Assembly (NCBI GenBank): GCA_965113315.1
Contig: OZ220363.1
Origin: Podarcis vaucheri
Lineage: Eukaryota
Direction: 5' to 3' (one strand)
Length of the DNA: 64,000 bases
The notes beneath the pieces were generated by a model that worked only from the letters and a program-made list of their open reading frames with translations, searched no databases and had not been told where the DNA came from. The number at the start of each line of letters is the position of its first letter. The stretch's first letter is position 1. A program made the position numbers and the translations under genes. Positions 13,935-25,700 of the stretch are shown piece by piece.

Positions 13935-14000
13935 GAGATGAGCACCACACCCCATAGTCGAATTCGACTGGACTTAATCGTCCAGGGGTCCTTTACCTTT
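13935..14000 (+). repeat. Sauria SINE 3' remnant
   Basis: gagatgagc...gactgg...caggggtcctttaccttt. Confidence 0.6.
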
Positions 14001-14838
14001 TGCTGCATAAAGGCATTCATGGATGGGTGATGCAATCTTTGAACATGAAAGTTTCTGAAAGAAAAGTGGAGCTGCAGAGAAGTAGCCATGGAGGTCCAGG
14101 CTGTTGTTTTCTTGGAGAACACAAACCTGTGTCCAGGTTTCTTCAAAAGTGGAGTAGGATCACAGTGGTAGAAGGGTGAGGAAAGATCAGCCAAGATCAT
14201 ACTGCCCGTTTGCTTCAATGTTTGCTTCAAGATCAAACTGCCTGTTTGTCAAAATGTGAATATCTTAGTGGAAGTGTGACAGTGTGCTCAGGGTGTAAAA
14301 AGCCTTGGCTTGGTCTTTTGTATTCTGGATGGGAAGAAAAACATAGGTCTGAACACTAGCTCTCTTGTGCATGCTGTCCTTCATTTATGGCAAGTTTTCC
14401 TGGTTAATTAAGGTGCTGGCAGGATATACATCCAGGCTAGGCTCTGCTGCACACAGATGTACTTGGCACATGAAAGCATGGCCTTGTACTTTTGATTTGC
14501 TTGGCTTTGTCTGTTGCCTCCCTCCCCCCCCCCACTCCCCTCTGCTTGTCTACAAATTGCAGGAGTCTTCCTTGCACAATTGCAGAGTTTCCTAAAGGCC
14601 ATGGGAAGCCATATGAATGCAATGCCAGTTTTGAAGACTGATACCCTTCTCCGTAGCACGTGATAGCTGTAATCCTATGAGAACAGAATTCTAGCTAGAA
14701 TTGTACCCAAGCTATTAGAAAGTGTGAAGTGGTTCTAACCTGGGACTTGCTAAGAAGAAACATGGTGAAATCAAAAGATATGGAGTTTTAGGCACTAAAA
14801 TATGTAGCCCCCCCCCCATGGCATAGCTTACAACTGTG

Positions 14839-15050
14839 GACTCGTATTCTGGTGAACCGGGTTCGATTCCCCGCTCCTCCACATGCAGCTGCTGGGTGAC
14901 CTTGGGCTAGTGACACTTCTCTGAAGTCTCTCAGCCTCACTCACCTCACAGTGTTTGTTGTGGGGGAGGAAGGGGAAGAAAATTGTTAGCCGCTTTGAGA
15001 CTCCTTAGGGTAGTGATAAAGCGGATATCAAATCCAAACTCTTCTTCTTC
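14839..15050 (+). mobile_element. 5'-truncated tRNA-derived squamate SINE (Squam3-like)
   Basis: Box B GGGTTCGATTCC, (CTT)n tail, TSD aactgtg. Confidence 0.75.
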
Positions 15051-17189
15051 AACTGTGATCTTGGAACTGCATGGGAAGGTATGTTGCGCACAACTACACA
15101 CATAGTCCTACTGCTACCTTTTGCATGGAATGGCATCATCTGAAGCACTTAAGTGGAAAACACCCAAGGGAACCTAGTATACACAGGCAGTTTCAAAGGT
15201 CAGAGTGAAGAACTAAATTGGACATCTTCTGGCTCTCCAAAGGAGAGAAGTTAACTGCTACATTACAATAAATGTCTTTTCCCCATGATTAGTTTGCAGA
15301 AGCTTCTTAAAGTCCTGCATTTTAAGGTATGTTCAAATGCCATGTATTACTTACGAAATATGCAGTCTGGTAGGTTCCCCAGAATTTTACTGAATGCACA
15401 GCACTAGTACAGAGCAGCCATCCTTGCTATGGAGCATTTGGACCCAAAATCTCCCCCCAAAATATTGAGAATTATGGAGAGAGAAACTGTTAAAAAGGAG
15501 GCGGAAATGAGATATTCCCCCCAAATATGAGTCAGCAAGCTAAGCTGGGAGCAGAATTACAATCAGACCTCAGTCTTAAGTTTGAAACCGCATATCCTTT
15601 TAGGAGATATGACCAGGCAATTTATGGGCAGGGTAGTGAATGCCAAAGAGTTCTTTTGAGGAGCTCCAAAATAAACATTGATTAAAAATTCCAAGCTATA
15701 TTATGAAAAAGAAAATCTACTGCAAATGAAAAAGGAAAGTCTGATTCATGTGTGCAAGCTCCCTCGTAGGAGCCTGCTACCCCCCCTGCCAAAATAAAAT
15801 TGATGATGCAGCCTTCTGGGAGTCCCTGCCCTATACTTCAGGCGCAAAGCTGATCACCTCAGTTATGCAGGGAATTCTCCACTATTCTTCATGCCAGATT
15901 GCAGCTGCAATCTAAAACTACATTTACATGGAAGTAAACCCTGCTAGAAATAAGTGTGAACTAAAGAGGAGGGGAAGATGCATGTGTGAAAGGGTATGTA
16001 TTTTTGGGTGTAGTGTTGCTTGCAGCTGAAAAGGCTCTTCATTCCTGGACAAAACATCTTTCTTCTAATCCTGTTCAATATTCATACCTTCTTGAGAGGT
16101 TCTTTTTCTGATGGTGAGGTCTGCTTTTATTTCACAAGGAAACCCTTCCCTCTCAAATGAAGTAGGTTGTTTGTCTACTGAGTACATACCACAATAAATT
16201 GTAATGTTTAAAAGGTTTTCCCAAGACTGTTTTTTTGCAACAGCATGTTAAGATGACAACTGTTCCAGGAATCTGCATGAGGTTTATATGATGCAATATG
16301 ACAACAGCTTCCCAAGTATGCATTTCAATCCACAGTAACGTGTTAAGAAACTACTACCTGCAATGGCATAGACAGTGGGACGGAAACATAAATGTACATG
16401 GGCACTGTGATGTCACATTGTCCACAACTGTCATTCCCACAACACACAGGTGGAAGCTGCATGTCACAGTAAGCTATCAGCCATGGTTTATGGTGCAAAA
16501 GCAAATCGTGCCCACTTTGCTCCTCCCTGGTAGTGCACGGAAGAAACAAACCATGATGCTTGGGCTTAGCATTGCATCTGACTGAACCAGGGACCATAGT
16601 TTGCTTTTTGCTCAGACAAACCACAACAGGTAAGAACAAACGTTGGCTTATCATTGTGGTTTGTCTGGAGCAAAAGAACGCAATTCCTGGTTCTGACATA
16701 ACCATATGTCAGGAATAATGGTTTGTTTCTTCCACATGCGAGCAGTGAGGAACAAAGCAGGCCTGCTTTGCTCATGTGGGGTAAGCCATAGTTTACAACT
16801 TACTGTGATATTTGAACATGGCCCATGGGTTGGAATACATGGCAGAAAAAGATTTGAGAACCTGCCAGCAGTTCCACATCCTAAGCTTACAATGCCTACA
16901 ACAGGTACAGAGAGACAAGGAAGCTAAAGGACGCTGGGCAATCTGATCTGCTGTTTCCACTTCCCCAAAGTGGCTGGGAAAACGCAGCCAGATGGGTGTG
17001 GTATAAATAATAAAATAATAATAATTATTACTAATACTTAGGCTTAGAAGCCATTCCAAACAGTGTATACGTCAATGTATGTAGGGAGCCCCTGTTCACA
17101 AAAGGGACATAACTCCAGGTTTTCTTGGGGCACAGAAGACCTTGTCTATTATAAACCCCACCCACCGCAGGCAGAAAGAGGGAGAAGAA

Positions 17190-20100
17190 GTAAAATGTCC
17201 ATCCTTATATTTTAATGGCAAAACCCAACAAAACATTTAAACTGTCAGAAAAAAGCCAACGGAAGCACACGCTTCCAATACAGTTACAAAAATAATAATA
17301 ATACAGTCCATCAAAAGTGTCCTAATAGTCTGAATCTAGGAGACAGGAAGTAGGTATTGCACAGGGGAGGAAAAAAAGAAGATCCACCCTCAAACACATT
17401 CCTCCCCCTTGGAAGTAAAACAAGCCAAGATTTGAATTGCACAGCAACTCGGCTTAGGACACGCACGCGTGCACAAACACACATACAGAGGAAACGGGGG
17501 GAACAGTGTGCTTTGGAACTACCTGTACAAAGTTTAAGAATACATATAAAAGGAGGGAAGGAGAGACGGCAGGCTTGTGGGATATGAATGCTTCCAGGGG
17601 GCGCTCCTGTACATCCAGCTATAGAAGACCACTTTTCACAATTTAAGACGACCAAAGCATGAGCCCTGACGTAGCTCGGAAGGGGGAGGGCCCTGTGTGA
17701 CTTTCTGCGGTGTCAGACACTGCTCTTCCACCTCACCTGCAAGATCCATTACTGGCTTGGCCAAAAGACGGCTGATCCAGGCAGGAAGCATGGCTGTGCC
17801 CTGATACTAATTGCCAGAAGAGCCTTGGGTGTTTTGCCATAGCTCTGGAGAGGAAGGCAGGGAAATATAGTGTGTGCCACAGATGTAAGAGTATCTGAAT
17901 GGATGTCTGGTTTAGGCCAAGTCCATGGTTCACCTGGGAACTGGGCCCAGAGTGCTGTGTTTGGATGTGGCCACATCTAGATGGGAAGAAGAACACCGCG
18001 AGATGGGAAGGTGGATTCAAACAAACACATGGGCATGTTCTGAAGTCTCAGGTGCTGTTGAGGATTGTCAATGCTTCTAATCATAGATAGGAGCATTAGG
18101 TACAGAAAGGAAAGTCAGTCTTGGAGGAGGATAGGTTTCCAGGCAGATGCAAGATATTTCCTAACAGAGGATAGCTGGAGAGACGTAGCAAGCTCCTAAT
18201 CTTCCTGAGTCTTCCGAAACGTAACAGGCCTTTGCAGTTCTTTTCCCCAAATTCAAACCCCTTGCATCTATAGTAAACAAAGATTAGGTTTGTGTGCGGA
18301 CTTCCTTTACCCACCAGCTTGTCCACGACTCTTATGCCATCTAAGATGCACCAATGCAAAAAAGAGAAAGAGGGGAACACTGAGCAAATGCTTCTTTTGC
18401 AAACCCCTATTGCTCAGTGCTCTTCTGCCTTCCAATGTTGTCATTATACCATAGAAAACCATTAGTCTTCTAAACTGTTTCAGAACACAGCTTGCAGCCT
18501 CACTGAGGCTAAGTATTCTTGCTGCAAACTGGAGACTTAAACTTACATAAAACAAATTTCATCCACTGCCAGCCTGCTTTTCCTTGGACTTAAGCAGAGT
18601 TCTCAGCTCCCTAACCTTCTGACAGGACTGCCTGTTTATAGGATTGCAAACTGCCCTACTAAACGTCAGCTGGGCGTCTCTGTTGTTTTTGCTCCCGCTC
18701 TTGGCTACCTGCTCAATGTATTTCAAGGATGACAAATTCGCTTTATTGCAGCTAGAGACATGCAACTGGTTAAATGCAACTGATCCAGAAGACTCTGGAG
18801 AAACCACAGGGCTGGAAGCAAGACTCCCAGTATCCATTGCCAGAGCATGTTGAGGAATGAGTCCCTTCAACATTAGGTGACTACCTTTTTGTGCATATAG
18901 ATAGATATGCTGGAGAGACCTGGATAAATAAAATTCTTGGCATAAAAACCCCCAGATCAGCTTGCAATAGTGCTGAAGATTCCTGAATATCATAAAGGGT
19001 ATGGATACCAAATTACAATAATTCAGGGCAAGTCTTAGCAGTGGGACTGCAGGGGAAGTTGAAGGTGTGCATGTGCATGCCTAGGCTGGATCAAGGAATA
19101 AATTGTGAAGACTATTCTTGCTCAGAAAAGGAACTGGGGAGGGGGACAGTGCCATCCCTTGCCACTAGCGACTGGTCCCTCGACAAATGGATAGTGTGCT
19201 ATTACCACTGGCTGATGCACTTGCTTCTCTATACAGCAATGTATGATATAGTTACGGCTATCACCCTATACTGAAAAGGGAACCCTATAGCAAAAGCCCT
19301 TAGTTCCTACTGGTGATAAGAGCTGATGGCCTATTCAGGGTGGGCTTTGAGTGCCCCTCTCAGCAAACCTTAACACGTTTCGCACACATTCACAACAAGT
19401 TGCCATCTCCTCGATCACAGAGTGTGAAAGGGAGAGAGAAAGCAGCATGTAAGAATGGAGGCAAAAAAAATCCCCCCAACCAAACAAAAAAGTAGGAAAG
19501 ATTGGAAGGAGGCACTTTCTTTTTCTTCTTCTTCAAAATTTCTAGTGCAGCAGACTCAAAAGTCAGCTTGGAGCAGCTTGCTCTTACTTGCAGAGAGGGA
19601 TGAATGCATGTGGTGTGGTCCTCCCTGGACATACCAGGCACTTTCATCCTGTTACATAGGCACCCCTTACAGGTGGGACATACAATACGGGGCCAAAGGG
19701 CAAGGGGAGTGGGGAAAGGGCAGATGGGGAGGATATGTTGTGCTGAGGCTGCAAGACTGGCCCATGATTATTTTTGCAAGTAGTCTGGCTGCTTGCCACT
19801 GCGGCTGCCACCCAAGGTTCACACCAGCAACGGATCCCAGTGATGTGTGGATGGCAGAGGCAAGGGTGCAACACACTGCCAGCATTTCCATCCCTACGTT
19901 CTGCCTCGTCTCAAGAACTGTGGCAGCAACTTTCCAGTAACAGGATATTATCACCAGGGCAATCGGCACAGCTCTTGGTCACACTACTGAGAAAGGCAGG
20001 ACCCATTGCTGGAGAAAGTGTGGGGACTCTAAAACAGCAGGGACTCTGCCCCTTGGAGACCTCGCAGGCCAGGTGGCAGGGCCCCCCAAGGGGGGCTTCG

Positions 20101-20403
20101 ACAATGGTTGGAAGACACCAAGGTCTTCCTTACCAGTGCTTCGAGGGAGCAGCAGGGCCCTCTGTAGGAGCTGGAGGCAGACAGGAAGGGAGCATTAGGC
20201 AGCAGAGCCCATCCATGGAATGTGGTGGTGGGGAACGTGGAGTCAGCACTGCTCAACACCCACTACACAAATAACAGCACCATGGCCAAGCCCAAACAAA
20301 GCCCCCAATCTTCTCCATGCTGGATATTCAAGGAAAGGCTGGCCAGGCTCCTGTGCCACTCTACTCCTGTTCCCCAAGGCAGGGATAAGGCATGCTCTGA
20401 GCA
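17190..20403 (-). other. DGKZ: Putative DGKZ 3' UTR (about 3.2 kb)
   Basis: Repeat-poor stretch after the stop codon ending in U-rich sequence, ATTAAA at 17211-17216 and a U/C-rich downstream element. Confidence 0.45.
17211..17216 (-). terminator. Putative polyadenylation signal ATTAAA
   Basis: Plus strand tttaat; U-rich flanks on the minus strand. Confidence 0.45.
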
Positions 20404-20520
20404 CTACACGGCTGTCTCCTGGTCCTCCCGCTGGATCATCTGGTAGTGCTGACGGTTTTCGAGGTAGGCAGCCAGGTCAGGGTCATTTGCCTTCTCAGCT
20501 CTGTGCTTGGGTGTGTCTCC
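20404..20520 (-). CDS. DGKZ: DGKZ last coding exon [38 protein letters not shown]
   Basis: 117 nt including TAG; class I PDZ-binding C-terminus. Confidence 0.97.
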   Translation of the reverse strand, partial: GDTPKHRAEKANDPDLAAYLENRQHYQMIQREDQETAV

Positions 20521-22689
20521 CTGCAAGAGGGAAAACAAAAGGCAACAGCAAGTTATTTATTTTAATTTACTTATCTACTGCATTTGTGCCCCGCCTTTCC
20601 TCCAAGGGGCTCAAGCTGGCATCCTCCCTGCTCCCCACCCCTGATTCTATCCTCACAACTGCCCTGTGAAGAAGCAGTGAGTGATTGGTCCAGGGACCTC
20701 CAGTGAGCTTCACGATGGAATGGAGTGGGGACCTGAAGTCTGACAACCCAAAACCCTCGTGGAACAATACACCACATGAGCAGCGGGCCTTCACCTCCTC
20801 TTCAGAGTAACCTGTTCGGCAGCAAATCTGCTGTGAGCCATTAAACTGAGTCTTACCCAATCGCAAGATTTAGAGGCAAGCTTGAATTTCCACCCTTGTT
20901 TATATAGTGTTTAGGAATTTGTTTATTTACCCCATGTGAGCAACTTGCACCATCAATGAAATATTAAACACTAAGATCAACCATAGAATTGCAGATTCAA
21001 ACGAAAGAAAACTATTTAAGAGCTCTTGCTTAAAAGTAAGGTATTTGCCTGGGGCCAAAATGACCTCAAAGTGGGTGCCAGGCAAGCTTTCCTAGGGTGA
21101 GCATCTCTCAGCCAGGGCATCACCACCAAAAAGGCCCTCTCCTTAGAAACCACCCACAAACACTGCATTTGGAGAGACCCTGCTTTCACTTTTAGGCTTC
21201 ATATCATCCCCATAGGCACACATCTGGCTTTTGGGGGGTACTGCATGTGTGGGTCTTCATTCAGTCCCCCTCCCCTGCCATGAACACACTAGGAAAGACT
21301 AAGAGAAGTATCCAAGGACAGTGGAATGTGATATTCTGGGGTGGGGGAGGATGTAGAGGGGGAGGGAGAGAGAGAAAGAAAATAAGTCTCATCCTTTCTC
21401 CCCCTTTGAAGCCCCTTTTTACAATTTCTGCTGTCCTCAGAACAACACAGAAGGCAATCTTACTCGGCTACGAGCGATTGCCAAAGAAGAAGGCTGCCAA
21501 AGACTACTTTAAAATACATAGGTAATGATAAAGCTCAGAAAAGTTATATTCTACTGAGCTTTAAAACTACTCAAAGACGCCACACCAGATAGCCAAATTC
21601 TACTATAAACAACACAATCACGGCTGAGCAGCATTCGGCGACTGCTTAAAGCCCTGGCGACATTATGTGTAATTTTCTGCCCATAGGGTGGGGTAGGGAA
21701 GAGTCTGTAGGAAGGGACTTCCCACGAGTTGAGAGAAGCAAGCGAGGGCCTCTGGTATGGGCCTCTGGAGGGACATACGGCTTAGCCTGGAATATCCATG
21801 TGCAAATGCAAGCATGAGCAGAAAAAGACTCCGAGCCCTTAGAAAAACGTTTGTGGCTGAGATCTATTAAGTCGAGTGTTGCCTCAAGGAGGAGCAGGAG
21901 GAGGAGGGGCGAGACTGGAAACCAAAGGAGCATGTTGGGAAGGAATGCTTAGGGATCTCTGGGAGATTAACAGCTGACAGCTAGATAAGTCCTCAAGGAC
22001 CTGTTTGCATGCTCCTGCCATCCCCCCCTTCCCCCAACCCCAGTTGCTGGGAAAATAAAATAAAGGCCTGCGCTTGAATCTCCTCACTACCAATTGCATT
22101 GACAGGAAAAAAGGTGATTGCCTTGCACAGTTGTACAATGAAACCTTGCCATAGGCATCTTATTTTCCTGGCCTGCAGAAGCCAGGATAATCCAAGCAAA
22201 AAGAGTGGGGGTGGGCTGGGGTGAGGTGTGTGTCTGGGGAGTGCCCTGAAATACCATCTCCTCCACCTCCCACCCCCACCAGAAGCCTTACTAGAGCTCC
22301 TGGTCCCTGAGGAGGCTCACATTTCACGAACTTATTGCAGCCATCTGGACTGCGTCCACTAATGAACTCCTACACTCCATAAAAAGCAAATCTGTTAACA
22401 GCTTTCAGCCATGTCTCCCCCTCCCTCCCCCCCTCTCCCATTCCACAAGCCTCTGCCCCCCCTTCCCCTCATTAACTACCCCCACCCTCCACCAGCACGG
22501 AGCAAACTCTGCTGCTGAGAAAGGCCAAGGAAACCTGGCTCTCTGCCGTCTCCATTGAAAGTGGGAGAGGGGAGGCCTTCTACGCTGGGCCCTCGCATCC
22601 CAGTGGGGAGAAGGCAGCAAGGAAGGAAGGGACCCCGAGACAGTCGCTGGCCGTATTTCACAGGGGTGCACAATGGTTTAGATGCAGAG

Positions 22690-22775
<86 letters not shown>

Positions 22776-25700
22776 AGAGAGTTGTAAATGCAAGCACAAG
22801 CTCCATTGCCCCCCCCACAAAAAAAGGATGGAGAGACAAAGGCAGAGCAAAGGTCATGCACAAACCTTCACCACAAAGAGGAGCCACAGGTTCACATGCA
22901 AGAAAAGGGAAGGCAGACATAGCTGTAGCACTGCACAAGGTACCACTGCCAGCACCAAAGGTTTCGCTGAATGAGAGAGATGATTTTCTCTTGCAACAAG
23001 GAAAACAAGCAGAGAGCTTCTCTACTTGACCATGCAGCATTTAAGCCTGGAATCAGAACTTCAAAGGCGCCTCCCCTCCACTGCCCCTGCAGCCGCATGA
23101 TTCTATGATGGGGGCAATGTGGACCAAGTCTCTGCTTAAGACATGCTAGTACTATTGGTAAAGATTGGAGGCTCATAAATTCACACTATGCAGTTTCCTC
23201 TATCTGCTTGAGAAGCAGCATGGGCTCCTAGCATATGCCTTATTAAAGTAGGTAGGCATGTTGAAACTTATGGCACGATGGTAGCCAGGCTGCGTTGTGC
23301 CCGTGGCAAATGCAGGAAGCCGTATTAAGAGAGGGTCACCAACCCAGACGTGTGTTCTGTCTCAGAAATGCAAACCCTGCTGGCTGGAGGGCCAGAGCCC
23401 ATTTCTATGAGCAGGGGGAAAGGGGCATTCTTACTTCACACAGTGAAAAAGCCCTACAAGCTTCAGTATGCTGGCCAGTCTCAAAATTTCATCTTCCTCT
23501 CTCACCTTGGTCCTCTTTTTCCCATTTCCATGGCTGCTCACGTTCTGCTTCCAGCTAAAGTCACTTTTGCTTGGGTTGCATCCTGATTCCTGAGCCATTG
23601 GCGAAAGGTTAGGGGAGCAAGCGAGTTGCCAAGAATTGGCTATAAAACAACTTCACGCAGTTGGCAAAGGGTTTTTATTGCTTGTCTGAAACGCTCCAAT
23701 GCTTTTATAGCTCCATTAGCATCGACTTCGGTCAGGTGAACTCACAAGCCCCAGGAGCTTTTGGCTTCATGGCATGAAGCATCCCTACTGGCTGGGCTTA
23801 TTGTTCAGCTTCGGGTCACAATAACCGGCTGGCAGAAAGGCATCTCAACTGGCCAGAGAATACATGTTTGCTTCTAGTCTGCCGCTGGCCAGCCCCTGGG
23901 AGCACTGGGACCAAGGGACAGTCTCAATTCCATCTCCATCAAGAAGGAATTCTGGCACAGAGACGAAAGTGCATCTTGTCCATTGTACTCTAAGGTGCCC
24001 AGACTCTGACATCAAGCGATACTCCACTCGCATATGGGGGGCAGAAGCCCCCTACTGCTGTGGAGCTGCTCATTTGTATGCCTTTCCTGCTATGGTATCC
24101 CTCCCATGCAGGAGCCTTAATAGTCTACAGCTGGGAGAGAGGGAGAAGTCTATAGTGAGACTGTCCTTGCAGTGACCTCAGGGAGTAGAAAGAGGGGAAA
24201 TGAGACATTCTGGCCCCTCATTTCGAGATAGAAAAAACAACACTGGCAGCAGAAGAGATAAATTTAACTCTTTACAAAGCTGCTGAGTTAAATGCTCCAG
24301 CCCAAGCCCAGATCTACCTTCCGATTCAAATACACATTATGTCTTTTCTTCCTTGGCTCAAAAGGTAAGCATCCTAGCTTTGTATTCTCCATTCTCTTCT
24401 CGGCCAGAACCGTCTCAGGGTCAGTTTACACGTCCGGCAGAATCTATCACTGAAGGTCCCCCCACCCCACTGCTCTGCCCCAAAGTAAATCTACACTGCA
24501 GGACTTCACGTTGCAAATGAGAGAAGTACTGTGTGCGTTTGCTTATTTACATTTCCCTCTCCAGAAAAGAATATCTCCCTATACATAGAAAATTAGCATA
24601 TCAGGGAGTCAACTAACCTCTGCTATTTTCCTTGGGACTCTATTGCTCTATGTCTACGAAATGTTTGCGTTGTTGTTGTTGCTGCTGCTGCTGCATATAA
24701 TGGCCTGAAGCAATACATATCCATGGGAGACTTCACCTGCCAAGCACAGAGGCTGCTCTCTAAGGTTTTGCTCTAGCCATTCCCAGCAAGCTCCTAGCTC
24801 AAGCTCTTACCTGCAGATCAGTTTTCATCAGTGAAGCTCCAGCCTCCACAATGTAATGGCAGATGGTACGCTGACGGAGGGCTGCAGCCTGGTGCAAAAC
24901 AGTCTCACTGCTGGAAGGAGAAGAGAATACAATGGGGGACCAGGATCAACAACAACCACACTTAACCTCCAAAGAGCGAAGGGATCCAGAAGAGGGCCTG
25001 GATGGAGCCAGTGCATTGCATTAATCTCTGCCTGGGCTTAGTGAGACCAAGAGGTGGGCAGAGTGCCATGCAAGGAGGTGGGGATGTTGGCTTCACCAGG
25101 CCCAGCCATTTTCTCCCAGAGGGCTGGGATGTCAGGGAGAGACATCCTGGCTACCCCTCAGCCCTTCGCCCATCTTGAAGCAAGCAATCATTCAGCCCGG
25201 ACACTGAGGTATATATCTGAAGAAGCCCCCCGCGACCCTCTCCCAGCTGGAGAGGTGACGCGCGGCTATGGCAGCAGCCTCTCCACTGTGCCTTTCCGCT
25301 GCTCCCTGACCTGCTCTTTGGGGCTGGTGGTGGGCTTCCCCCCGCCAGCCCCAAAGAGCAGGTCAAAAGGAACCTGAAGCCTGGAGAGCGAGAGGGGTCG
25401 GTGCACACCGACCCGTCTCGCTCTCCAGGCTTCCAAGGTAGCCGCCTGAACGCACCCCAAACGGCACCTTGTTTTAGAGTGGGAAAACAAGAGGGGGGAA
25501 ATTCTCCCCCTCTCTGCGCAGCGCCTCCTGCCACTTCGCTGAAGGGGCGCTGGGCAGAGAGCGGGAGATTTTTTTTTCTTGTTTTCCCCCCTCTATAACA
25601 AGGTGCGTCCTATTGTCCTGTGTGTCCTATGGTGTGAAAAATATGGTAATTCGTTCTGGAGGTCTGTTCTTAACCTGAAACTGTTCTTAACCTGCAGCAC

